A DNA stretch of 63,568 bases, counting the filler, from Octopus bimaculoides (Eukaryota), in the NCBI RefSeq assembly GCF_001194135.2. It is 11 parts of 11 records of this genome, joined end to end, with 100 filler letters (N's around TTAATTAATTAA, not from the genome) between each part and the next. Parts side by side here need not be neighbours in the genome. Positions count along the whole stretch, not along the records: positions 1 to 2,019 come from NW_026331587.1; positions 2,120 to 5,227 come from NC_068992.1; positions 5,328 to 7,608 come from NW_026350597.1; positions 7,709 to 25,655 come from NC_068994.1; 7 more parts are not named here. One strand, 5' to 3'. A program made the position numbers and the translations under genes. Of the stretch, positions 1-12,920 are shown piece by piece (position 1 is the first letter of the stretch; the number at the start of each line of letters is the position of its first letter). The notes under the pieces are model-generated. The model saw only the letters and a program-made list of their open reading frames with translations. It did not search any database and was not told where the DNA came from.

Positions 1-125
1 AGGACGAATGCTGCCGTTGATTAGCTCCAAGAGGCCATCGCCTGTAGCTATGTGACACACGAAGCTGTGTCCATTATAACCTTCGAACAGGGTTGGTCAG
101 CCGCTTCCCCTTGCTGGTCTGGCAT

Positions 126-165
126 CTACAGACTAGTTTCGAGGTATTGCCTCTTATCAGTGTAG
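126..165 (-). ncRNA. Minimal type I hammerhead ribozyme-like motif (G8A variant)
   Basis: Minus strand reads CUACA-CUGAUAA-GAGG caaua CCUC-GAAA-C ua G-UC-UGUAG: 5-bp stem I, 4-bp stem II, palindromic ACUAGU stem III, GUC triplet. Confidence 0.7.
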
Positions 166-359
166 AGCAGCTGAACCCAGCAGGCGTCGCTACTGACCGT
201 CTGTACGAAGGATTATTTAACTAAATTCAGTGGAATACATCCGCTGGTTTTCAAAAATAGAAATATTATTATTTCTAAGTTTCTCTAAAGGAGACTACGG
301 CAGCAGTACTGGATATTAATAGTTATCGCCAATTAATAGTTATGCTGGGTTCGGCTGCT

Positions 360-399
360 CTACATTGATAAGAGGCAATACCTCAAAACTAGTCTGTAG
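360..399 (+). ncRNA. Minimal hammerhead-like motif, opposite-arm copy (U3/A8, G12A)
   Basis: Reads CUACA-UUGAUAA-GAGG caaua CCUC-AAAA-C ua G-UC-UGUAG. Confidence 0.55.
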
Positions 400-2019
400 A
401 TGCCATCCCAGCAACGGGAAGTGGCTGACCTACCCTGTTCGAAGGTTATAATGGACACAGGTTCGTGTGTCGCATAGCTAGCTAGAGGCGATGGCCTCTT
501 GGAGCTAATCAACGGCAGCATTCATCCTACTTTTTGGACTGCCATGTTGACTTGGCGATCGGCCAGTGGCTATCCAACGTATGTGGTGGAATGTTTGCTT
601 ATAAAAACTTGTATATGTACACATGGGAGTAAGGGGACATCCGAGTAAGGCTGTGCACACGAACCCACACATATATATGTGCATTGGAGTGTCTATAGCT
701 ACCTATTTATAATGTTTGTAGGCTCTTTGTGTGCCTTGTATTTTTAAGGGTTTTTTGACATATATCTTTTTTATATTTTTGCATGTCCCACATGCTATAC
801 CTTCATTTTTCAATTATGTATTCTTTATTATTNNNNNNNNNNNNNNNNNNNNNNNNNNNNNNNNNNNNNNNNNNNNNNNNNNNNNNNNNNNNNNNNNNNN
901 NNNNNNNNNNNNNNNNNNNNNNNNNNNNNNNNNNNNNNNNNNNNNNNNNNNNNNNNNNNNNNNNNNNNNNNNNNNNNNNNNNNNNNNNNNNNNNNNNNNN
1001 NNNNNNNNNNNNNNNNNNNNNNNNNNNNNNNNNNNNNNNNNNNNNNNNNNNNNNNNNNNNNNNNNNNNNNNNNNNNNNNNNNNNNNNNNNNNNNNNNNNN
1101 NNNNNNNNNNNNNNNNNNNNNNNNNNNNNNNNNNNNNNNNNNNNNNNNNNNNNNNNNNNNNNNNNNNNNNNNNNNNNNNNNNNNNNNNNNNNNNNNNNNN
1201 NNNNNNNNNNNNNNNNNNNNNNNNNNNNNNNNNNNNNNNNNNNNNNNNNNNNNNNNNNNNNNNNNNNNNNNNNNNNNNNNNNNNNNNNNNNNNNNNNNNN
1301 NNNNNNNNNNNNNNNNNNNNNNNNNNNNNNNNNNNNNNNNNNNNNNNNNNNNNNNNNNNNNNNNNNNNNNNNNNNNNNNNNNNNNNNNNNNNNNNNNNNN
1401 NNNNNNNNNNNNNNNNNNNNNNNNNNNNNNNNNNNNNNNNNNNNNNNNNNNNNNNNNNNNNNNNNNNNNNNNNNNNNNNNNNNNNNNNNNNNNNNNNNNN
1501 NNNNNNNNNNNNNNNNNNTTATGTACTTTGTACTTCTATGTGTAAACCAGGTTGGCAAAATAACATAGTCTGCCATAGACACCTGTGCTTTGGTTCTTTC
1601 TTTCTTTTTCTTTCTTTTTTTGTCACTTTTGCTATGAATTAAATTAATGAATTCAACGGGATACACGGTCTGCAAGTAGTTGGGTTCAGCATATTATCCT
1701 CCATTTTCTAATTGTTATACAAATTTTGGGTAAAACCTCCACTTTTACCCGCTCCCATTGATTGCACCTAGTATAGCACTAGTGTAGCAATAATTGGGTA
1801 CCCTCCCAGCAGTATACTGGATAGATACTATCCCTTAGTGGGTTGAACCCCCAACCCCTAACTCTCTCATGTTATAATTGACTGAGGGCTACTTGTTATT
1901 ATTGCCATCGTTGTATATAACAGATCTTTGCATTGTGTACAACATTGCTGACGGGAGTGTATGCACTTGGATGTAATATAATATAATAGACCCTCAAAAT
2001 GAATACTGTTGGTAAAATG

Positions 2020-2119
2020 NNNNNNNNNNNNNNNNNNNNNNNNNNNNNNNNNNNNNNNNNNNNTTAATTAATTAANNNNNNNNNNNNNNNNNNNNNNNNN
2101 NNNNNNNNNNNNNNNNNNN
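2020..2119. other. Assembly gap marker N44-TTAATTAATTAA-N44 (10 instances in window)
   Basis: The identical 12-mer, with stops in all six frames, sits in the centre of 100-bp N runs at 2064, 5272, 7653, 25700, 28553, 36120, 46854, 53423, 60993 and 62250. Confidence 0.97.
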
Positions 2120-2150
<31 letters not shown>

Positions 2151-3554
2151 CATACATATATATACATGTATATATATGTATGTACGCACGCATAAGAAAC
2201 CTCACAGCCTTATATTTATGCCAAAATTACACATTCAGATTTTATTTAGGAATGCCCGGATATATTTGTTTCTTGCTGGTTGATTTATTTTCATTGCGAT
2301 ATTATGTATTGTACAGAAACTGTAAAATTTGTGGCAGAGGGCAGATTGGGAGGCAATAGGAATAAAGATTAGAGAGAAAGATAGCGTGTAATAGATAAGC
2401 AGTTGTGCTTGTAGACAAACAGTGAGCAGTGGAAGAAAGGAAGAGAAAGATGTGGTTAGTAAAAAGAAAAGAAATAACGGGATCGATGAGTTAAAGCATA
2501 CTTAGAAAGATAGAGGTGGAGAGAGTGAGAAAAAGCAAAGAATTCTTGAGCGTGATATCTATATGTATGCGTGTGTGTGAATGTGTATTAATCTAATATA
2601 TGTATATACACATATATAAATGGTTATAAATATATGTGTATATGTGTGTACATATAATGAATGAGTGTTTGAGGAAAAGATATATGTTTATGTATGCGCT
2701 TGTGTGACACAGAGAAACTAAGAGTGAGAGAGAAAGGGAGATTTCGTGTATTGAAGAAAAAAGTGACGTTGAACGTAGAACTGGAAGAAAGACCGAGAAA
2801 GAGGAAGACAAGTACAGATAAATAGACGTAACCGTGTGAGATTTAGCAAAGAGAATAAATAGAAAAAAGTGAAAGTAATAAGGAAAGGTAAAGAGAAAAA
2901 AATCAGCTTATTTCAGAGAGCAGTTTAGGGGCTATAGAGGGGAGAGACTAGTGAGGCTCGATATAATAGAAAGATAAAGAAATGCGAATTTATTTGTAAA
3001 GCAAGTGGAGGAAAGGTTGAAAGGCTGATGAATGCATATAGATTAATACAAGGAAATGTTTCAATGTACTAGAAGAAAGACAGAGAGAGGTAGGAATAGG
3101 GACTTAAAAGGATTCATTGAAAAATGAGGTGAAAATGTTGATAGAGAGATATTACACAGAAAAAAACTAGGGTAACATTAATGTAGAAAAAAGAGAAAGG
3201 TAGGTTGCAAGAAGAACACAGAATGACTCCGGAAAAAGATAGGTTACCTGTAAAAAGTAGATGAATACCTGCAAAATTAAAAAAGAAATACAGGCGATTA
3301 AGTAACGTGGGAGAGAAAGGAGGAGGTAAATGATGCGACAGAACAAAAAACAGGGAGAGCATATATAAGTATAAAAGAAAAGACAGATGAAAATGAGAAG
3401 AAGGATATTTAGAGAGGTAAAAGAAGTAGAAATCCAGGGTATTGAAGCATAAGGAGGATTGGCAGTAGAGAATCCGGATTTATATGCAATAAGAGACATT
3501 AAGACTCTTAGCATGGGAACGATAAAGACATACACACACACATACATACATACA

Positions 3555-3588
<34 letters not shown>

Positions 3589-3689
3589 CATACATATATA
3601 CATACATACCTGCATGCATATATGCATACATACACACACACATACATACATACATACATACATACATACATACATACATGCATACATAC

Positions 3690-3895
3690 ATACATATCAT
3701 GTTTGTCTTTCATCTTATACTCATTTCACTAACCAAGCTGGGGCACCAACTTGAAGGATTTAGTCGAACAAATTGACCCTAGTAGTTATTTTTTAAGCCT
3801 GGTTCTTATTCTCTTGGTCTTTTTAGCCGAACCTCGAATGTACAGGACGTAAATAAATCAACATCGGTTGTCAAGTAGCGGTAAGAAACAAAGAC
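3690..3895 (-). mobile_element. SINE family B, diverged copy
   Basis: Similar to 35750-35940 and 48243-48430 (gcacc...ttagtcga.caaat.gaccc...catcggttgtcaag). Confidence 0.65.
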
Positions 3896-4705
3896 AAAAC
3901 ACACACACACACACATAAGTATATACGTATATATATATATAGACGAACAACTTCTTTCACTTTCACAAGGCCTTGGTATATACTTAATGCATGTGTATGA
4001 CATATACTTTGCCATATACTTAACGCATTGTGTTGTTTAAGCACCGTGAAGGGTGGTTTATGCTCTTGAAAAACCCTTTTAAAGTCGTAAAATATTAAAT
4101 ACACATATTGATAGATAGATAGATAGATTAGAGCTAGGTGAAACCAAATCGCCTTAGAATTGACCACGAGAGCGACATATACTGTATTTCAATGTAGTTG
4201 TAACTTTTCAATATCGAGTACTCGTGTCACTCCTAAACAAAATTTAAGTCACTAAAATTTAAGTCGCTAATTTATATAGTGTATAAATTATCTGCTGGTC
4301 ATCAGTGGCGCAGAATAGACAGAATAAATTTAAATTATGCGACAGAAGCATCTGTGTCATGTATAAGTAAGCAAGGATGGGGCCAGCGAATTCTTTTCGC
4401 AAAGACTCCTTTTAGTTAAGTGCAGATAGGAAATACTCTGAGCTACATCCACAAATGACTTGTGATTTACCGATTAACACATACAAAGAATGAAATTAAC
4501 TTCTTATATTTTTCCGACAGTCTCGAGCAATATCTGCATGAGTAATATCATTAAGTTTTCTATATTCCTTGCTTTCTATGTACCTGCAGCTGATGGTCTG
4601 GTGTATGACTCATCAAAATATATCCCAAAAAGCATGGATCCATCTCTCTAGGAAATAGAATACCCATTAATTTAGATCTTCTGTGGTGTGTATTAAAACT
4701 TATGT

Positions 4706-4753
<48 letters not shown>

Positions 4754-5065
4754 AATATATAATTTTTATCTTCTGCTTGTTTCACTCATTTNNNNNNNNN
4801 NNNNNNNNNNNNNNNNNNNNNNNNNNNNNNNNNNNNNNNNNNNNNNNNNNNNNNNNNNNNNNNNTTTTTTTTTTTTGCCGAATCGTTATGTTACGGGGGC
4901 GTAAACTAACCAAGTCGATGATGAGAGATAAACACAAACACGAAGACACACACACACACAGACACGAAGACACGCACACACACACAGACACGAAGACACG
5001 CACACACACACAGACACGAAGACACACACACAGACATAGATATATGCGTATAGATACATATAGAA

Positions 5066-5220
5066 GTGACTGTGTGGTAAGAAACTTGCTTCCCAACCAA
5101 ATGGTTCCGGGTTCAGTCCCACTACGAGGCACCTTGGGCAAGTGTCTTCTACTAAAGCCTTGGGCCAACTATAATCTTGTGAGAGGAGTTGGTGGACACT
5201 GAAAGAAACCCATCGAACAT
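5066..5220 (+). mobile_element. tRNA-derived SINE family C
   Basis: tRNA-like head (gtgtggtaagaa...gggttcagtcccact) followed by ttgggcaagtgtcttct. A reverse copy lies at 48487-48645. Confidence 0.75.
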
Positions 5221-5397
5221 ATATATANNNNNNNNNNNNNNNNNNNNNNNNNNNNNNNNNNNNNNNNNNNNTTAATTAATTAANNNNNNNNNNNNNNNNN
5301 NNNNNNNNNNNNNNNNNNNNNNNNNNNTATGTGTATGTACATGTATGTGTGTATGTATATATATGTGTGTATGTACTTATATGTAGATATGTATGTG

Positions 5398-5442
<45 letters not shown>

Positions 5443-5469
5443 TTTGTGTGTGTATGCATATGCATATAT

Positions 5470-5605
5470 GGGTACCGGACGTAACCAACTTTAAACAACA
5501 TGAAATACGAAAAGAAATGAGTTCAATATGCAAACAACGAGAGAAACACATGGAAAACAGGGCAAGTAACATAGAGGACGACCCTTCATCTGTTGTTGGC
5601 TGAGG
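5470..5605. repeat. Single arm of the repeat family that forms the 28699-28985 palindrome
   Basis: Shares aaatgagttcaatatgcaaacaacgagagaaac...aaaacagggcaagtaacat...gacccttcat with 28699-28833. Confidence 0.8.
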
Positions 5606-5927
5606 AGTTTATATAGATGTATATGCATTCGTACTTATATGCATACATACGTGTATACATTAAGTAGGAAGACACTTGTAGATGCAGGCGATTTAACGTG
5701 ATCCTTGGCTTTGATATGGGTTCGATTTTGCAGGATCCTGTGTAGCCCTTTGGAGAAACATATTTAGCGGAAGGTAACTCAGGGCCTACAGACGAAGAAT
5801 TTCCGTGCCCCTCACATGTATGTTGTCTGTCTGTTTGTCTCTATGCATGTATGTACGCATGCATGAATATATTTAGGTATATATTCTTGTACATATATGT
5901 TTGTATATGCACATACACATTAATAAT

Positions 5928-5967
<40 letters not shown>

Positions 5968-7225
5968 NNNNNNNNNNNNNNNNNNNNNNNNNNNNNNNNN
6001 NNNNNNNNNNNNNNNNNNNNNNNNNNNNNNNNNNNNNNNNNNNNNNNNNNNNNNNNNNNNNNNNNNNNNNNNNNNNNNNNNNNNNNNNNNNNNNNNNNNN
6101 NNNNNNNNNNNNNNNNNNNNNNNNNNNNNNNNNNNNNNNNNNNNNNNNNNNNNNNNNNNNNNNNNNNNNNNNNNNNNNNNNNNNNNNNNNNNNNNNNNNN
6201 NNNNNNNNNNNNNNNNNNNNNNNNNNNNNNNNNNNNNNNNNNNNNNNNNNNNNNNNNNNNNNNNNNNNNNNNNNNNNNNNNNNNNNNNNNNNNNNNNNNN
6301 NNNNNNNNNNNNNNNNNNNNNNNNNNNNNNNNNNNNNNNNNNNNNNNNNNNNNNNNNNNNNNNNNNNNNNNNNNNNNNNNNNNNNNNNNNNNNNNNNNNN
6401 NNNNNNNNNNNNNNNNNNNNNNNNNNNNNNNNNNNNNNNNNNNNNNNNNNNNNNNNNNNNNNNNNNNNNNNNNNNNNNNNNNNNNNNNNNNNNNNNNNNN
6501 NNNNNNNNNNNNNNNNNNNNNNNNNNNNNNNNNNNNNNNNNNNNNNNNNNNNNNNNNNNNNNNNNNNNNNNNNNNNNNNNNNNNNNNNNNNNNNNNNNNN
6601 NNNNNNNNNNNNNNNNNNNNNNNNNNNNNNNNNNNNNNNNNNNNNNNNNNNNNNNNNNNNNTATATATACTCATAACTCATAATTCATACCTCATACCTA
6701 AAACTGCACACCTGAAAGTTTGTGAAACTTTTGAGTAATGCACGCCGAAGCCTTATGCCATGAATTTAAGCATCTCACTAACACAAAACGCGTTGTGGGA
6801 TATCTAATTTCGCATGTGCCTCTGTGCTCCTCTATGGCACATCTATGTGGATGAATCTCTGTCTCTCCGTTTCTTTCTCTGTGTCTCTCTTCTACTTCTT
6901 TCTCTATCCTTCTTGTTTGTATGTCTCTCTCTCTCTGTGTCTCGCAAACTTTCTTACTGCGTGTGTGTGTGTGTGTGTGTCTGTGTGTGCTTGTGTTTGT
7001 AAGTGTACGTTTATAAATATAACATATCTGTGTAGGGATTCGTAAACGCATGAGGATGCACGTTGCATATCTGCACGTGCACGCGTGTCTGTGTATTGAT
7101 ATATGTATTTGTGTATGTATATATATTTGCATATTTATATATACAAATATATATATTCATATATTTGTATATTTACATATAAATATACATTTGTGTGTAT
7201 GTGTTTATAAACATATAGATATATA

Positions 7226-7290
<65 letters not shown>

Positions 7291-7779
7291 GTATATACAT
7301 GAGTATGAACTAGTTATATGCACGTGAAAGAATAGCGTATGAGCATTTCCTTATAGAGACAAATGATAAAGGCTGGTCGCACAAGCCGTCAGGCGAAATT
7401 TGATGCCCCAGTCAACATGACATTTGTGATATACTGGGGGCCTATGTTTCCACATACACTCTAACTACTTACCTACACGTACAGATGCACACACACAAAC
7501 ATACACACACACAAGCACATATATATATGGACATCTAGCTATCAATCAATATGTCTATCTGTCTATCTACCTATCCATATGTGTGTGTGTGTATATATAT
7601 ATATATATNNNNNNNNNNNNNNNNNNNNNNNNNNNNNNNNNNNNNNNNNNNNTTAATTAATTAANNNNNNNNNNNNNNNNNNNNNNNNNNNNNNNNNNNN
7701 NNNNNNNNTAGCTCGGAGAATGGATGATGGTTCTGCCTTTTGTCTCCCTGTCTTTGTCTCTCTGTGGCTGTGAATTCAG

Positions 7780-9240
7780 CATCTGCTTCTTTCTATGATG
7801 CTATATGAATTCTGTCCGCCTGCCATTTGACACCTTCCAGGCGGCAGGTCATGACATGCGCTAACTTAAAACTTCTCAAAATAAAATTCCCCACCTACCA
7901 GAAAATGATGATGCCTGGGACCTCTGAACCTTACCCAAGGAACCAGACAACTGGTTAACCCTATGCGCTTATAGCACGGCCCTGGATACCGACCATGGAA
8001 ATACCCACTAGAACCCATGTCGTTGGAAGAACGCATCCATCAGTGACCTTAGGTTCTGACACTGAGCTCGAAAAATCTTTAAATCAGGACCAACTTCCTC
8101 AAGAACCTGTAGCAAATCAAACCAGGGATATTCCCGAAACTGACGCTCAGGATCAACTACCAAACCTATCTCAAGGAAATAGAAATACAAGACAGAAGTG
8201 GACTAAGGAGGAATATATCGAAGTTATGCATGCTTATTATTATTATTATTCAACACTAAACCCGGAAACACAAAAAGCGACCTAAAATATCTGGAGATGC
8301 AAAAACTCACATAGCAAGCTGTACTAGGACAGTAATAAACTAGGGGCTACGAGATGTGATATCCTAGAAAATAAAAGACTAGCTGACAGTGAAATTGGCA
8401 AAATAGTCAGATCAGTCAAAAGTCATCTCAGTATATCACACACTCACTTATACCCATAGGCAAAAAGCTCTGAAATCACTAATTCAAAATACCCTAACCA
8501 CCTGTCCAAGCCAGATATTGATCAAAACCTAGCACAACAATGGCTACAAAGGACAGGTCTGAAAGGGCAAACAGGTTTTGTTACTGCAACGCAAGATCAG
8601 AGCTTACCTACAAGAAACTACCATGCAAACGTGACCCCTCATGCAGCATTTGCGGAAAATTCACAGAGGCAATTGATCGTGTTGTTTCTGGCTGCCCAGG
8701 CCCCGCTGAAAAAGAGTAGCTCATAAGACATGACAGACTTTTCGAACTTCCCAATACAAGCAGAGAGAAAAATTGACTCCAATCGACCAGACATTGTGAT
8801 CAAGGATTCAACAGAGGAACTTGTTTGTTAATTGATATGTCAGTCCCACAAGATCAAAATGTCTCAAGAAAAGAATACTAAAAGCTTTCTCACTATAACG
8901 ATCTGCAAATTGAAATCACAAAAATGTGGAAGCTTAGTACAACGATAATACCAATAGTGACTGTTGCGTTGGAAAAGATAAAGAAGGGACCTGAGAAGTA
9001 TATTAAGCAACTCCCTGGTAACTCTAATCTCCGTGAACTACAAAAAATAACCTTGGTGGGTACAACCCATATACTACGGAAAGCACTCTCCATCTAAAAT
9101 GGAATAAATGTGGTGATAGGTTTAGCATGCATAGCAAAACAAAAGTGGCTTTGCTACTTTTGGCCTGCGGAGGATACCCGGTACTAAGACAGCTGAAATA
9201 AAGTTATAATGAAAGGAAGCCATAAATAATAATAATAACT
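7780..9240 (+). mobile_element. R4/Dong-clade non-LTR retrotransposon, internally deleted (N-terminus joined to CCHC+REL, no RT)
   Basis: N-terminal RQKWTKEEYIEVMHAYY (7995-8285). From about 8520: WLQRTGLKG...TAQDQSLPTRNY, decayed CCHC, RPDIV, IDMSVP, ...GTTHILRKALSI*, then a (TAA)n tail. Confidence 0.85.
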
Positions 9241-9530
9241 GAACAACTATAATGATTTCAAGTAGGAAATACGCAGGTTGTGGGCAATGAAGAGAGTGAA
9301 CATGATATCAGTTAACTATATCCGCTAACATGGTTCAAGAAGATTGGTACAAATATAAAGATAGAACACCTATAAAATTCATCATTACTTGGAACTGCAA
9401 GAGTTCTCGAGTTTCTTGAAGCTTGACCAGTAAACAACTGTTATGTAAGTCTACTGGCTGTGAACAGCTGACACTTTCCATCATTCTCAGCAAAATAAGC
9501 TGAGAGTTTTCATCAAATAATAATAATAAT
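9241..9530 (+). mobile_element. R4/Dong-type LINE 3' fragment (REL end, 3' UTR, TAA tail)
   Basis: YNDFK.EIRRLW...SSLLGTARVL-like residues followed by (AAT)5. Confidence 0.7.
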
Positions 9531-9540
9531 CATTATTATT

Positions 9541-11930
9541 TTCTCTTTATCACAGGTTTTGTTTAGCTCCTGGAATCTTGCATCCGTAGCGGGCTTGCTA
9601 TCTGCAGCTTGTGGTAGCATGCTATCCATTTCTTCAGCTATCTAATACATTCCTGATTATTCTGGCCGTGCAAAGAAAGCAAACCTTTTTGTAAAAGTTC
9701 TACTGGGCACTCTATTCCATTTCCTTTATATTCCTTTTGATGCCTTCTGATATCGTTCCCAAGGACCCAACAATAATTGGCAATATCCTCCCCTTCTTCA
9801 TTTTCCATAACTGGGCTATTTCGTACTTAAGATGGTTGTATCTGTCTTTTCGCCTTTCTTCTTGGCTATTTGTGGGCCAAATACATCTCCTTTAGCTCCT
9901 CCTCTGTCCACTTCCAGATTCCAGTGCCATACCAAACTACTACAACTGTGCGCGAGTTTATTGCCGAAATTATGTTTCTGGTATTCAGCTTTGAAGCCAA
10001 TATTTTTCTCACTCGCAGCAGGTACTCTCTTTTTGTAATTTCCTTCATGCCATGGTATTTGATTCCATCTGCCTCATGTATTCCCAGGTATTTATAGCTG
10101 GACTAAGGTTGAATTGCCTCCATCGTTTTACCACTTGGCAACCATATGCCTTCTGTCCTAGCAAGCTTTCCTCGTCTCATTACCATCGCAGCACATTTTG
10201 GATTTCATGCACCACTCTGCTTCATCATTATACTTTTCACGTTGGTCCCAGATCCCTCTCCAGAATGTCTTACTTTCCCCTGCATCAGGTATCATTGTTA
10301 CATGTATTTGTCCATCTAGTTCCTGAAACAGTTTCTTCAGATTTGTTTCAAACAATCTATTTTGCCTGAACTGTCTTTGATTGCTACTACTCTTTGCTTC
10401 GGTTCTTCCAGTATCACATCATAACCTTTATCTTTTATTCTATATGTTCTTTCCAGAATTATTCTTATGCTTTCGTTCTGCAATCTCCCTCTATTCAATC
10501 TATCAACTTGTTCTTAATGTCCTTTTAACTTTCTTTGTTTCTCCCAAATTCCTCTACGCCAGTACGGTTCTTTACCTTCTGTTTGTTCTTTTCATTTGTA
10601 TTCAGCTCTATCTGCAGCAACCATAGTTGCAGCCCAAATAATATTGTTAGTTTCAGTTATATTTCTCGTCTGGAATAGCCCAAGAACCGAATCTATCTTT
10701 TCGGTTTCAACCTTGAGTTTGCGTCGGTCAATGTACCTCAGGTTTTGTGGTGCTTTATCCTAGTCTTTTCGAATATATCGGCACAGCGTCCTCACAATGT
10801 CTCGTTGGTCATCATCGTATTCTTCTGATATAGCTCTTCCTATTACTTCTGCTTCATTTGCTGGGAATGCATTTACATTTACACTTTGCTCTACTTCTTC
10901 ACTGTCGTCTTTCATTTTTCTGTTCTTACTGGGCACGTTATCTGTTGGTGAAATATTAATTCTATCTTCTACTTTCCTTTTTATCTCTTCTATTTCTATG
11001 TCTGTTAACCAACCTTTTGTTCTTATTGCTCTTACCTGGTCGGCTAACCGTTGCCCTCTTGTTTCGAAGAGTCCTTTCACATTCCATTTTGCTTTCATTC
11101 CTTGTCGGAATCCCCTCTGCTGGATTCACTCCTGATCCAGCATTCAATAACAGTTCGGTTTGCCTCCTTATCCTACCTTCTTCTCTGCCTCTGGCTTTGT
11201 TTACAAGCAGTCTGGGGATGACGACCAGGCCTGCGCTGCTCAATCACAGGGCACCTGGCGTACGAAAGGCTTTCACCTTTGGTTCTAGCCTCATTAACAC
11301 CATTCCTTGATACATTTGTATTAGATATTTTCACTCAACATTGAAATATGTGTTTAAAGGTTAGCCAGCAACCGGTATTTTTATCGAGACACCATCTCCA
11401 GTAAGATTGTCAAACAAAACTGCAAAGTGCTTATTACCCATAAGCTGGCCCTGTTCCCTTCGCAATTATGTGTGTTGGTGACCATGATCTTGATTCTCAC
11501 TAGGTGACAGGTGAGCGTCATTTGGTCCTATATCTTGATCCAAATCTTGCTCCGGGGTCAAGTCCCGATTTGCGGTTCATTCGCCGTCATCTCAGACAAT
11601 GAGCCGATGGACACTGACAGGTTGTCACCACTGTGACGAAGGAGTCCTATCTAACGCGGTTTTAAATCAGAGTGTTCCTTCTCCTAGACAGACTGCCAAT
11701 CAAGGCTCACGAATTCTGTCTACCCGCTTTCGGAATGTCCACTGACTCTTCTGAGCTCCTCTGCCCTTCGCCGGGTCTTGCTTTTAATCCCGCAGGGTGT
11801 CGAAAATCCACCATCCTCACCAAGTAAGCTTAGTGGAGTTGCATGTTTAGTCGCCGACGACTCGACAGTTTCACAACGCCACTCCTTAATCATTCCGGGT
11901 AATTACTTACTTGTTCACTGCTATAGTTTT
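9541..11930 (-). mobile_element. R4/Dong-clade LINE with 5' UTR and two internal deletions
   Basis: N-terminal GLFETRGQRLADQVRAIRTKGWLTDIEIEEIK (10760-11098), KKLFQEL...ESKTFWRGIW (10158-10355), thumb EYLLRVRKILASKLNTRNIISAINS (9866-10048), REL end IIVGSLGTI near 9760. The RT core is missing. Confidence 0.85.
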
Positions 11931-12148
11931 ACAATTATTACTATAGTTATACTATTACTATAAGGCCGAGGTGTCCTAATATTTCTTTGGACAACAAATA
12001 ATGGCAGATTGACGGCCATTGGTTTAGCTACCGCTGATGCTACGGCGTTAAATAAACAAGCGGGCTTGTTGTGTCTACTAAAATAGACTGTTTGATTGGA
12101 CCGCTGCTTGACATGACTGGTGGTGGATTGAGGATGGTTGGGAGGTGA

Positions 12149-12875
12149 TTTTTGAGAGGAGCATCGACAAGTTGAAACTAGAGTAGCTAAGATATAGAAA
12201 TTTATAAACAACATCTCAAAGTTTTAAAAAGCTATAGTTGTCTATCTATAAACTTTCCATCGTATTTAAGATACAGAAATTTATCTATGGAAAATCACAT
12301 CGTAGTTAAGATATAAACGTCTATAAAAACTTCGAAGTTTTAGCAAACACAGAAATTAATAGAAAAGGCTTACACATTTTGTAGAGAGCTGCTAAATGGC
12401 CATCCTCGTGTGAATGATTACAGCAGCACTGAGAACCCATTGGAAGAGGAGGGGAGAGAGAGGGGGGAAGAGAGACGAAGAGGAAGCAGGCAGGTAAGCT
12501 CACTAAAATTCCAGCGTGGGGGCGTATTCATGTATAGAACTCTAGATTTTTTTGTGAGGATCTAGCATAGCTAAGATATGGAAATTTATGAACTTTTTGA
12601 GAGGCGCGTCGACAAGTTGGAACTAGCATATCTAAGATATATAAATTCATAAACATCTCAAAGTTTTAAAAAGCAATAGCACTCTATCTATGAACACCCC
12701 ATCGCATTTACGATAAAGGAATTTATCTATGGGAAGTCACATTGTAGTTAAGATATAATCGTCTATAAAAATCTCAAAGTTTTAGCAAAAATAGAAAGTA
12801 TTAGTAAAGGCTTACACATTTTGAGGGAGAGCTGTTCAATGGCCATCCTATCGTGTGAATGGTTACAGCATCACT
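12149..12875. repeat. Diverged direct repeat, about 280-bp unit (12149-12430 and 12594-12875)
   Basis: Both copies carry tttttgagagg..tcgacaagttg...catctcaaagttttaaaaagc...aggcttacacattttg...aatggccatcct...gtgtgaatg.ttacagca. Confidence 0.85.

Positions 12876-12920
<45 letters not shown>

Larger units (their letters stand above)
1..528. repeat. Long inverted repeat (arms 1-182 and 343-528, 160-bp spacer), Penelope-pLTR-like
   Basis: 1-182 is the reverse complement of 343-528, with about 12 substitutions and one 4-nt indel by eye. The left arm runs off the window edge. Confidence 0.9.

Noticed and set aside
731-1675. Long ORFs spanning N runs, and YI/CV/TH/LS-repeat ORFs throughout
   Set aside because: Artefacts of gaps and di/tri/tetranucleotide microsatellites.
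2064-2075. TTAATTAATTAA palindrome recurring 10 times
   Set aside because: Always centred in N44 flanks, so it is an assembly gap linker and not biology.
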